Assembly (NCBI GenBank): GCA_045569115.1
Contig: JBJKZS010000104.1
Location: forward strand, 1-57,347
Direction of reading: 5' to 3'
Origin: Fidelibacterota bacterium
GTDB taxonomy: Bacteria; Fidelibacterota; Marinisomatia; Marinisomatales; S15-B10
DNA length: 57,347 nt
Position 1 is the first letter of the stretch, and the number at the start of each line of letters is the position of its first letter. Positions 38,936-47,774 of this stretch are shown here, piece after piece. The notes under the pieces are model-generated. The model searched no databases, was not told where the DNA came from, and worked only from the letters and a program-made list of their open reading frames with translations. Both the position numbers and the translations under genes were made by a program.

Positions 38936-40328
38936 TGACCAAGCCTTTAGATTTCTTTAGAAACTTTTTATCTAAATGGATAGATGATAATGCAATAGAT
39001 AAAAACATCAACAATACTCTGTTATCATTTAAATCTCCGGAAACTTGTGCTGAGAAAAAAATTACAAGCATAGCTGCAATCCAAACAGATGAATGTTCAG
39101 AGATAATACCTAATCTTCGTGATTTAAGCAGAGGCTTGGTTGCGGTAATTATCATAATTATTAGAATAGTAAAACCAAGTATACCTTGCTCTAAGAGTAC
39201 TTCAATAAAAATATTATGTGGGTACCACCTGAAATCCTTCCATATAAAAAGTGAACTAAAACCACCAGCACCTATACCAAAAAGAAAAGAAAATCCACTA
39301 TTTAGCCATTCTTTAATCGAAACTTCCCAAAAACTCAGTCTCGTTGCAATAGTACTTATTCTTTCAACACCTCCAGCTGTAACAATGATATCACCTTGAG
39401 TAATCTGAATAAACCGTGTGGTAAGACTTTCTGGCAAAAGAAATACAAGTCCTAAAACAATGGCAACAGCAATAAAACCCACTAATAAAAGTCTTGATCT
39501 ATAGGGAGGTGATTCAAACAGCAACGTAAAAAGTACAATCCCAGCAAAAAAACTAGCAAGAGGGCCCCGAGAACCAGTCGCAACAATTGCTAGTAGGATA
39601 AGTGATAATAATATTAATGAGGCAAAAAGTTTAAACCCGTTTTTTCTTATACCAATTATTGTTACCATAGCAGCAATAACTGCAAGACTACGACTAACAG
39701 CAATTGGATTAGCTCCAAGCAATGAAGCTCTTACAAGATATGTCACTAGCCCTCCAGAAACAGCAATTATAATTAGGTTTAATAACATAGAGCATAAAAT
39801 AATTGCTGACAAAATTTTAAAATACTTGAGCATACGTTTTGAATCTGTATGACTTTTCAAAAAAATAATAGGCGCCACTAACATTGATGAGGCAAAAATG
39901 AGAAATCTAATAATTTTTAAGCCGCCTGATTCAGGCGAAGGAGTATAAAGACCTGAAAAAGCTATAAAACCGGAAAATAATGCAAATATAAATAGAATAT
40001 TGTGAGACCAAGCTGGCAATCTCCATTTTCCTGATATTGCAATTTTTCCTAGGCCTAACCAGAGAATAGCAATTAGTAAAATAGTTAAATCTAATTCTTC
40101 AAAAACTGGTATCTGTTCCTGCAAAAAACCTTTAATTATATTTGTAAAAGCAATTAGCAGTAAAGTGAATTCGGGATGATAGAACAACCAAATAAAAGAA
40201 AAAAGAATAATTGGGATTAAGATTATCATCAATGGGTTAAATGTAATGCCTACATAGATAGTCAGAAGTTGGATTGCAATGAGTCCTAAAAGACCCGGGG
40301 AAATGTTGAAGGGACTAAGCTGAACCAA
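38928..40328 (-). CDS. wzy: O-antigen polymerase/ligase-family membrane protein (Wzy-like)
   Basis: 466 aa, polytopic, with a large loop containing ..RWYPHNIFIEVLLEQG.., which resembles the Wzy_C/O-antigen ligase motif. Confidence 0.65.
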   Translation of the reverse strand: MVQLSPFNISPGLLGLIAIQLLTIYVGITFNPLMIILIPIILFSFIWLFYHPEFTLLLIAFTNIIKGFLQEQIPVFEELDLTILLIAILWLGLGKIAISGKWRLPAWSHNILFIFALFSGFIAFSGLYTPSPESGGLKIIRFLIFASSMLVAPIIFLKSHTDSKRMLKYFKILSAIILCSMLLNLIIIAVSGGLVTYLVRASLLGANPIAVSRSLAVIAAMVTIIGIRKNGFKLFASLILLSLILLAIVATGSRGPLASFFAGIVLFTLLFESPPYRSRLLLVGFIAVAIVLGLVFLLPESLTTRFIQITQGDIIVTAGGVERISTIATRLSFWEVSIKEWLNSGFSFLFGIGAGGFSSLFIWKDFRWYPHNIFIEVLLEQGILGFTILIIMIITATKPLLKSRRLGIISEHSSVWIAAMLVIFFSAQVSGDLNDNRVLLMFLSIALSSIHLDKKFLKKSKGLVNA

Positions 40329-41718
40329 GTCGTTTTCTTAAATCACGGGAATGATACTCCAAAAAAACATACCCCACAGAAAATATTATCGACATAAATA
40401 CTGCACCAATAACAATGAACATTCTTTTTGGTTTTGTTTTATTGAGAGGGACCCTAGGTTCATCAATTATTTGAAGAGTCGGAATATTCTTGCTTTCTTC
40501 CATACGTGCCTGTTCATATTGTGGCACCATTATCTCAAGTAGCCTTCCTTGAACTTCTACCTCACGCATTAGTCTAGCACTTCTCATTCCTAGATCAGGA
40601 AAACTAGACATAGAAAGCCACAGACCATCTTTGGATTTTTTTTGATCCCCTATGTTAATGTCCTTAACATCAGATCCAAGCAACAAGTTTTCTAGTTCAG
40701 TGTCTAATCTCTGGCCCAAAACTTCTAACTGTTTATCCTGTTCATTATATAATACTTCATAATGACGAATAGTGGGATTATCAGGAGTCAAGGTAGCTTT
40801 CACCGTATTAAGTTGTACTTCCGTTTGAGCTCTTTGAGAATAAAGCTCCGTATAGGCCTGAAGCTCCTGTGAATGAAGTTGCCCATAAGCGTCCAACTGA
40901 GCTGTCACTTGAGCAAGAATATCAACAACACCCGTTTGTTGTTGAAACAATTTGAGCTCCTCTTCAGCTTTTGATAAATCAACTTTTGTCTGATCAAGTC
41001 GCTCTTCTAAAAATTGTCTGTTATATTTCCCTTGTTCTCTACTTAGTCTCCGATTAATAAGATCCAGTTGGTTTAATAACTCTTGGACCATTTTTTGAGC
41101 TACTAAAGGTTCTCTATCAAGTATTGAAATAGCAAGAGCTCCTTCATCAGTAACTCGTAATTCAGTATTAGAGTCTAACTCTTTCATTGCATATTCTATA
41201 TCTCTAGAACCATACCGATCTACTAAATCAAAATGCCTTACCATATGCTCCTTAACATTGTGACTTTGAAGTATAGAAATAAAACTACTAATATCTTCAT
41301 TTACAGGAGAGAAGCCAAATTCATTCAAAGGTATACTGGTAAATGCGGACATTAGATTGAATCTGCCCGCACTGGAAGAAAGAATTATTGCTTGTGATGA
41401 ATACCATTTTGGCATTAGTAGAGACATAATTACAGATACAATTCCCACAATAAGTATATTTGCTATGATTAATCTTCGTTTTGACCAAATAAGAAGAATG
41501 TTTTGATGCCGTATATCATCTTCAACTCTCGGATTGATAACACTTTCCTTTGCTACAAGACCAAATCTTTTTAGTTCACCAATACGGTTACGTAGAGTTT
41601 TTTCCGACATCCCATTTTGAGCAGCAATTTCTTCTCTAGCATATCTATCTGTAATAATCTCTGGGTGCTGTTGAATGAGCTCAAATACTTTTCGCTCATG
41701 TTCAGTAAGATTTAGCAT
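40315..41718 (-). CDS. wzz: Polysaccharide co-polymerase (Wzz/GumC-like chain-length determinant) with an extra N-terminal winged-HTH domain
   Basis: TM1 (IIANILIVGIVSVIMSLL), a long coiled-coil periplasmic region, and TM2 (MFIVIGAVFMSIIFSVGYVF) at the C-terminus. It is preceded by about 70 aa resembling an AsnC/Lrp-type HTH: LTEHERKVFELIQQ..EEIAAQNGMSEKTLRNRIGELKRFGLV. Start placed at 41718 (TAATG overlap with the wza stop); the track start is 41751. Confidence 0.7.
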   Translation of the reverse strand: MLNLTEHERKVFELIQQHPEIITDRYAREEIAAQNGMSEKTLRNRIGELKRFGLVAKESVINPRVEDDIRHQNILLIWSKRRLIIANILIVGIVSVIMSLLMPKWYSSQAIILSSSAGRFNLMSAFTSIPLNEFGFSPVNEDISSFISILQSHNVKEHMVRHFDLVDRYGSRDIEYAMKELDSNTELRVTDEGALAISILDREPLVAQKMVQELLNQLDLINRRLSREQGKYNRQFLEERLDQTKVDLSKAEEELKLFQQQTGVVDILAQVTAQLDAYGQLHSQELQAYTELYSQRAQTEVQLNTVKATLTPDNPTIRHYEVLYNEQDKQLEVLGQRLDTELENLLLGSDVKDINIGDQKKSKDGLWLSMSSFPDLGMRSARLMREVEVQGRLLEIMVPQYEQARMEESKNIPTLQIIDEPRVPLNKTKPKRMFIVIGAVFMSIIFSVGYVFLEYHSRDLRKRLGSA

Positions 41719-42761
41719 TAATTTGAAGTAGTCCTGTCGATTGCCATCCATGCGAGAATTAAACTTGCAACACTCGTAAGGGATTGAACAGCACCCATGT
41801 TTTTGAAAAGTTTACTTTTCCCAGCCTCAGGGACTTCAACAATATCTCCTGGTTTCACAACTTCATTCAGAGCCTTTATTAATTGTGTACCATCAGATCT
41901 TACAATTTTACATCCCTCTTTATTTCCAATATCAAGTATTCCACCAGCCATAGCAACATAGTCTCTAGCAGTATAACCAGGAATATGAGCCATACGTCTA
42001 GGTGACCTAACAAATCCAGTAACTATTACTTCATTCTTATTATACTCTGTAAAGTTTCGCGCATCTAAAGTCAAATTATCGTTAAATGGAACATATATTA
42101 TATCCCCCTCACGTATTACAGGGTTACTATCTAAATTGCCATTGGACAGAAAATCTCTCAAATCAAGTTGAACTCTTTCACCATTGCGGATAAGATAAAC
42201 ATCGTCAGCATGTGCATATTTTTGGACTCCTTTTGCATATCGTAAGCAATCAATTAACCTAGTAACAGGTGTCACGGTAATAAAACCAGGCTGATTAACA
42301 GCACCATAAGCAAGAATCCGAAAAGTTCGAACTCGAATTAAATTAACAGCAACTTCTACCTGTTCATAAATTTGCTCTATAGCACGCTTCGTGATCTCAC
42401 GCTCAAGTTCTGCTAATGTCATTTCGAGCACATTCAGTGATCCAAAGCGTGGAATAATTAGATTTCCTGTAGGATCTACGAGAATGTAATTGTCAATGTT
42501 CTCTAAGGCCCATTCCCCACTTATTGGTTCTTCAAAAACACCCCCACTAATATTTATTCTTAACCGATCGCCGGGACCTAGATTATAAGTTTCAGGGTTA
42601 ATTGGTTTCTCCAAGGCTAATGGTACAGTATCATACTCTCGATAGAGTATTGGGGTCTGTGGCTCAGTTCCTGTTGGAAGAAGTGGCAATGATTGATTTG
42701 ACTGGCCAAAAACAAAGTTGAAAACAAAAAAAAGTAAGATATTTAGTCTAAGAGCTCTCAT
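41718..42761 (-). CDS. wza: Polysaccharide export outer-membrane protein (Wza-like)
   Basis: Signal peptide MRALRLNILLFFVFNFVFG, a Poly_export-type ..GPGDRLRINI.. motif, and SLBB-type repeats (..REGDIIYVP.., ..PGDIVEVP..). Start chosen at 42761; the track start is 42785. Confidence 0.8.
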   Translation of the reverse strand: MRALRLNILLFFVFNFVFGQSNQSLPLLPTGTEPQTPILYREYDTVPLALEKPINPETYNLGPGDRLRINISGGVFEEPISGEWALENIDNYILVDPTGNLIIPRFGSLNVLEMTLAELEREITKRAIEQIYEQVEVAVNLIRVRTFRILAYGAVNQPGFITVTPVTRLIDCLRYAKGVQKYAHADDVYLIRNGERVQLDLRDFLSNGNLDSNPVIREGDIIYVPFNDNLTLDARNFTEYNKNEVIVTGFVRSPRRMAHIPGYTARDYVAMAGGILDIGNKEGCKIVRSDGTQLIKALNEVVKPGDIVEVPEAGKSKLFKNMGAVQSLTSVASLILAWMAIDRTTSN

Positions 42762-43767
42762 ATGAAATTCTATATTGGTTTTCATAATAGCTTCGAAATT
42801 CTCCTGATTTTATTGGTTTCCACCAATTTTCATTAGATTGATACCATTTAATTGTATTTTCAAGAGCATCGCTAAAGCTATATTGTGGTTTCCATCCAAG
42901 CTTTATAAGCTTTGAGCAATCAATTGAATAACGAAGATCATGCCCTTTTCGATCTTCAACAAATTGTATCAAATCTTCACTTTTATTCAATTTTTCTAGA
43001 ATCAATCGTGTAATCTCAATATTTTCCAATTCATTACCTCCTCCTATATTGTAAACTTGACCTCTCTCTCCATTTTTTATAAGAAAATTCACCGCAGAGC
43101 AATGATCTAGGACAAAAAGCCAATCACGAATATTTTTCCCATCACCATAAACTGGAAGAGGTCGATTTTCTATCGCATTAGTTACAAAAAGAGGGATCAG
43201 CTTTTCTGGATATTGAAAAAGTCCGTAATTATTACTTGCCCTTGTAATAATTACTGGCAATCCATAAGTAATATAGTAGGAATAAGCCAATCGGTCTCCT
43301 CCCGCTTTACTTGCTGAGTAAGGACTGCTAGGAAGAAGTTGGTCCGTTTCGTAAAAACTCCCTTTTTGGATACTTCCATACACTTCATCTGTACTTATCT
43401 GAATGAATAGATCAACTCCAAAGTTCCTTGAAGCTTCAAGAAGTCTAAAAACACCAAAAACATCTGTCTTAATAAAATTATCAGGAGAGCCTATTGATCG
43501 ATCAACATGAGTTTCTGCTGCGAAATTAATTACTACATCAATTTTCTGATTAATGAAAATATCTCTTATAATTTTTTCATCACAAATATCACCCTTAATA
43601 AATTTATAACGCTTATCATTTTCAATGTCTTTTAGATTAGCAGGATTACCCGCATAAGTAAGCTTATCTAAGTTTAAGATATGACAATTTGATTCCTTGC
43701 TCAAAAGAAAACGAATAAAGTTACTTCCAATAAACCCTGAACCACCCGTAACGAGATAGGTCTTCAT
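42748..43767 (-). CDS. rfbB: dTDP-glucose 4,6-dehydratase
   Basis: MKTYLVTGGSGFIGSNF.., the catalytic YSASKAGGD (YxxxK), and collinearity with RmlB. Start at 43767 gives an ATGA overlap with the upstream gene. Confidence 0.92.
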   Translation of the reverse strand: MKTYLVTGGSGFIGSNFIRFLLSKESNCHILNLDKLTYAGNPANLKDIENDKRYKFIKGDICDEKIIRDIFINQKIDVVINFAAETHVDRSIGSPDNFIKTDVFGVFRLLEASRNFGVDLFIQISTDEVYGSIQKGSFYETDQLLPSSPYSASKAGGDRLAYSYYITYGLPVIITRASNNYGLFQYPEKLIPLFVTNAIENRPLPVYGDGKNIRDWLFVLDHCSAVNFLIKNGERGQVYNIGGGNELENIEITRLILEKLNKSEDLIQFVEDRKGHDLRYSIDCSKLIKLGWKPQYSFSDALENTIKWYQSNENWWKPIKSGEFRSYYENQYRISYESS

Positions 43768-44246
43768 ATAATCGACTCCCAATCAAAACCAATCATTGGA
43801 TCATTATAGGGAATCCGTTTTTCATCAGGATTATTTACATTATAGCTTTTAGTTGTATGATAAAAAAGCAATACGGGTTCTTCACTTATAACTTTATAGC
43901 CATGGGCAACACCAACAGGTATTAATATCAATTTATAATCATCAACTCCCGCACTTATAGTTTCCGTAAAACCATAAGATGATGAGTCATTCCGTAAATC
44001 ATGCAAAACAATAATCGCACTTCCAGAGGCAACAAACCAAAGATCATCTTGCTTTTCATGCCAGTGGAAAGCTTTTATGGTGTCTTTATAAGCAACAGTA
44101 AATGTTGACTGGCCAAATTTACTTAAGAGATCATCATCATCCCGAAGCACCTCCATCAGAAAACCCGTTTTTGCAATTCTCTCTTGAACATCAGGAATAT
44201 CCTGATGAACCTTTAGATTTTTAATTTTTACACCATCAATACTCAT
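43764..44246 (-). CDS. RmlC-family cupin (dTDP-4-dehydrorhamnose 3,5-epimerase-like sugar-nucleotide epimerase)
   Basis: 160 aa. ..IKAFHWHEKQDDLWFVASGSAIIVLHDLR.. and ..LIPVGVAHGYKVISEEPVLLFYHTT..RIPYNDPMIGFDW.. are collinear with RmlC. The exact regiospecificity cannot be determined from sequence. Confidence 0.7.
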   Translation of the reverse strand: MSIDGVKIKNLKVHQDIPDVQERIAKTGFLMEVLRDDDDLLSKFGQSTFTVAYKDTIKAFHWHEKQDDLWFVASGSAIIVLHDLRNDSSSYGFTETISAGVDDYKLILIPVGVAHGYKVISEEPVLLFYHTTKSYNVNNPDEKRIPYNDPMIGFDWESII

Positions 44247-45552
44247 AAGGTCGACCTACTCCTTCAAAAATAAATCCATTAGAAGCTAGCTCTTCTCGAC
44301 TAAGAAGATTTTTAGCATCAAGAATAATCTTATCACTCATTAACTCGCCAATACTAGCAAGATCTAATCCTCGGAATTCGTTCCAATCAGTCATTATAAC
44401 AATTGCATGAGCATTTTTTGCAGCATCCTCTACTGATTCAGCATAATTAAGAGTTGGATAATCCTTTTTCATATTACTCATTGCAGCTGGGTCATAGGCT
44501 ATTACTTCAGCTCCATAAGACAAGAGCTGATTTATTAAAATAACAGCGCAAGATTCTCTTATATCATCCGTATTTGCTTTAAAAGCAAGACCAAGAACAG
44601 CAATTCTTTTTTCTGACAAATTACTTCCAACTAATTTGATTAGTTTTTTTAAGATCACTTCTAACTGAGCTCGATTAGCGCTAATTGCAGCTTCGACTAC
44701 TTTTAAACTCATTCCATTCAATTCAGCTGATTTAATCAAAGCCCTAGTATCCTTTGGAAAACAGGAACCACCAAACCCAGGTCCAGGATGGAGAAATTTT
44801 GGACTTATTCGACCATCTAGACCCATTGCTCTGGCTACCACGTGAATATCAGCACCAGTTGTGTCACAAAGATTTGCCAATTCATTAATATATGATATTT
44901 TTACAGCAAGAAAAGAATTTGAGGCATATTTTATTGTTTCAGCAGTAGGGACATCAGTAATAATAAAAGGGGTTTCATTAACATAAAGAGGACGATAAAT
45001 CTCTTTCATCACTTCAGTAGCTTGTTCACTGTTAGTTCCAATAACAACCCTATCAGGCATTAGAAAATCTCTAACAGCTGCTCCTTCTCTTAAAAATTCT
45101 GGGTTTGACACTACATCATAAGGGATATTTTCTGTAATATTTTCAGAAATGACATTTTTTATCATTTGGCCTGTTCCTATTGGAACCGTACTCTTTGTTG
45201 CAACAACAGTATATGAAGAGATATTTATAGCGATAGTCTTTGCAACATCCATAACAGAAGTAAGGTCAGCACTTCCATCATCAGCCATAGGAGTCCAAAC
45301 TGCTATAAATACAACATCAGCATCTGAGATAGATTCTGCAATGTTGGTGCTGAAGTCGAGCCTGCCAGCCATCTTATTTCTTTCTACTATCTCAATTAGC
45401 CCGGGCTCAAAAAAGGGAACTTTCCCAATGGAAAGATCTTTTATTCTTTTTTCATTTAAGTCGACACAAACTACTTTATTCCCAAAATCTGCTAACCCTG
45501 ATCCACTTACTAGCCCAACATAGCCCGTGCCAATTACTGTAATATTTTTCAT
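44236..45552 (-). CDS. ugd: UDP-glucose 6-dehydrogenase
   Basis: MKNITVIGTGYVGLVSG Rossmann start and the catalytic ..GFGGSCFPKD.. Cys motif. Confidence 0.93.
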   Translation of the reverse strand: MKNITVIGTGYVGLVSGSGLADFGNKVVCVDLNEKRIKDLSIGKVPFFEPGLIEIVERNKMAGRLDFSTNIAESISDADVVFIAVWTPMADDGSADLTSVMDVAKTIAINISSYTVVATKSTVPIGTGQMIKNVISENITENIPYDVVSNPEFLREGAAVRDFLMPDRVVIGTNSEQATEVMKEIYRPLYVNETPFIITDVPTAETIKYASNSFLAVKISYINELANLCDTTGADIHVVARAMGLDGRISPKFLHPGPGFGGSCFPKDTRALIKSAELNGMSLKVVEAAISANRAQLEVILKKLIKLVGSNLSEKRIAVLGLAFKANTDDIRESCAVILINQLLSYGAEVIAYDPAAMSNMKKDYPTLNYAESVEDAAKNAHAIVIMTDWNEFRGLDLASIGELMSDKIILDAKNLLSREELASNGFIFEGVGRPYEY

Positions 45553-45629
45553 TTAATTAGATTGTTATTCTATTCGCACCTTAAAAATAGGACATGATTT
45601 AAGGAATCACAAATCTTTAAGTCTAAAGA

Positions 45630-47759
45630 TTATTGTAGTCCACGGCTTCGTCTGATCGCCCACTCTACCGTTAAAAACAATACAATTAAAACAAGTAATG
45701 GTGGCCAATGAGAAAAGTTGATTGTGTATGAATAGAAACGTTTGCCTTTGGTAATCGAAAGATCCTCTATGATTTTATTCCTATCCGACCATGGAAAATA
45801 TTTACCTCCCGATGATTCAGATAATCCAAGAAGAATTTCTTTATTTAGATAAACATTCTTTAACTCAATCATACCCTGTTCTACTCGAAAATAGCCGTGT
45901 GGTTCCTTTCCTTCAAAAGTCTCATTGCCAACAAGGGTCCAGTATCGATGCAATCCAGGCTCAGCGGCAATAAAAGAGCCCGTCCATTTTTCTTCTTTTT
46001 CATCATATTCAAGTGGAACAAGCAATTCCCCATCTGAATATTCAACCCTCCACCATATTCCTGCATTTTTTTCTTCTTCACTCAAGCGTAGGAATGAACC
46101 TTCAATTGAAACTTCTTCCCCTCTATTAAACAAAGATTTTGCAATTCTAAAATAACGGTCATCATAACCTGTGGTAGCAGTCAACCATTTTAACAAATCT
46201 CTCCAATAATTTAGAATCTCTATATTCTTTTGGCCTCTATCACCCCTAAAGTATAGATTCCAAAGATTTGATGATGTAAAAATTGCACGACGTAAAGGAT
46301 GCTTTCTTTCCTTAGGACCCTTAACTGTTCCGACAATAAGTAATGGGATAGGAGATACACCAGAAAGTTGGGCAATTACTTCCATCCCTTCTTGACCAGG
46401 CTCAATAAATAGATATGGTGTGAGTGGTGGCAATGATTTCGAATCTATTTTAGAGAATGGGATAGGATTCCCTTCACTTAATAAGTATTCTACGGGTAGT
46501 CTTCCTAAATTTTCACCTTCATCAATTAAAATTTGAATTCCCAATGCCTGAAGAAAACCAAACAACTTAGATTTATCCATAGATGTGCCAGCTATCAGAG
46601 CTAAGGCTGAATTATCTCGTTCTAATTTCTTATCTAAATCTAGAGACCATCTTTGTGCAGTGTTTTCAGTAGGAAAATTATCTAATATAATTAAATCGTA
46701 ATTTTTCCTCCAAAAATTTGCTATAGAAGGTTCCCAACCATCTGGTCCTATATTAAAATGTTCTACCCCTATATTTTCTTCATTTGAGATAGCAAGTTTA
46801 AGGAAGCGACTATTAAATGATGGTGCCCCTGTTAAAATTGCAATGGCAAATCGATCTTTTAAAACAGTTAAAGAGAATGAGAAAAGATTATTTTCAATAT
46901 TAATTTCATCCTTGATGGAGGAAGCTCTGATCTCATAATTCTTTGTGCCAATTTCATCGACTTCAAATTGAAATCGAATGACTTGTCTACTGCCATCACC
47001 CTGAGGAGATATAGTACGCGTCCCAAGTAAGCGCCCACCACTCTCAAAAGAAACGTTTACCCTTTGGTTAATCTCACCAAAGGATTCTATTGTCGCTTGA
47101 GCAACTACAGTTTCACCCTTGATTATAACATTAGGAACATCAACTTTTGAAATAAGAACATCTACCATACGCATAGTTTGACCAACACCAATTGTATGAA
47201 TTGGAATTTCATTTAATAATTTATCAAAAGGATTGGATCCAACAGTAGTTTGCCCATCGCTAACCAAAATTACAGCATTAACTTCTTCATTAATCAACGT
47301 TCTGTCCGCCAAGGATAAAACTGACGAAATATTAGTAGAAGATTCATCAAGTTTGAGTTCAAGAGGACTAAAGTCAATAGGCAGAACCGATTCTCCAAAA
47401 GAAAAAGCTTCTACATAATTTTCAGCCATATCATCATAACTAAAATCTTTAAGTAAATTAAGTAGCTCTTCATAACCAGTAAGTAAAGACTCTCGAGACA
47501 CTGATTGGTGAAAACCAATTGAAACAGAGTTATCAAAAAATATTCTAATTAAAGATTTCTTTGGAACAGAATTAATTCTATCCCATTTAATATTAGCGGC
47601 AAGGATTATTATTATCAAAAATATTAAAGATCGAAATAAAATCAGAAAAAAATTGAATCGACTTCTTTTTAAATAAACATTCTTGTAGCAAAAATTCGTA
47701 AACCATATAGTAATTAACAATATTGCTATTAAGAGCCAAACTGGTATCAATGGTAACAT
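45630..47759 (-). CDS. Membrane-anchored vWA-domain protein (BatA-N-like double TM start, C-terminal TM), function unknown
   Basis: 709 aa. Two N-terminal TM helices are followed by a vWA-like region with a MIDAS-type DNSVS and ..VILVSDGQTT.. There is a long uncharacterised middle section and a terminal TM helix followed by RRSRG. Confidence 0.5.
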   Translation of the reverse strand: MLPLIPVWLLIAILLITIWFTNFCYKNVYLKRSRFNFFLILFRSLIFLIIIILAANIKWDRINSVPKKSLIRIFFDNSVSIGFHQSVSRESLLTGYEELLNLLKDFSYDDMAENYVEAFSFGESVLPIDFSPLELKLDESSTNISSVLSLADRTLINEEVNAVILVSDGQTTVGSNPFDKLLNEIPIHTIGVGQTMRMVDVLISKVDVPNVIIKGETVVAQATIESFGEINQRVNVSFESGGRLLGTRTISPQGDGSRQVIRFQFEVDEIGTKNYEIRASSIKDEINIENNLFSFSLTVLKDRFAIAILTGAPSFNSRFLKLAISNEENIGVEHFNIGPDGWEPSIANFWRKNYDLIILDNFPTENTAQRWSLDLDKKLERDNSALALIAGTSMDKSKLFGFLQALGIQILIDEGENLGRLPVEYLLSEGNPIPFSKIDSKSLPPLTPYLFIEPGQEGMEVIAQLSGVSPIPLLIVGTVKGPKERKHPLRRAIFTSSNLWNLYFRGDRGQKNIEILNYWRDLLKWLTATTGYDDRYFRIAKSLFNRGEEVSIEGSFLRLSEEEKNAGIWWRVEYSDGELLVPLEYDEKEEKWTGSFIAAEPGLHRYWTLVGNETFEGKEPHGYFRVEQGMIELKNVYLNKEILLGLSESSGGKYFPWSDRNKIIEDLSITKGKRFYSYTINFSHWPPLLVLIVLFLTVEWAIRRSRGLQ

Positions 47760-47774
47760 CCCTTAGTTTTAAAA

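Noticed and set aside
38935-39399. 154-aa plus-strand ORF lying entirely antisense to wzy. Similar antisense ORFs occur at 16412..16804 (in nuoD), 51166..51579 (in rpsA), 45149..45523 (in ugd), 24673..25059 (in mltD), 6102..6395 (in nqrB) and 13289..13567 (in nuoK/J).
   Set aside because: All are nested inside well-supported genes on the opposite strand, have no recognisable motifs, and have low-complexity or odd composition. They fit the stop-poor antisense frame of codon-biased genes. There is no independent evidence of coding.
45612-45631. AT-rich hairpin AATCTTTA-AGTC-TAAAGATT at the end of the vWA gene, considered as a rho-independent terminator. A weaker AGAATTT/AAATTTCT element lies in the convergent gap at 19808-19877.
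   Set aside because: The stems are all A/T apart from one C/G pair, there is no clear downstream U-tract on the transcribed strand, and stability is too low to call a terminator with confidence.
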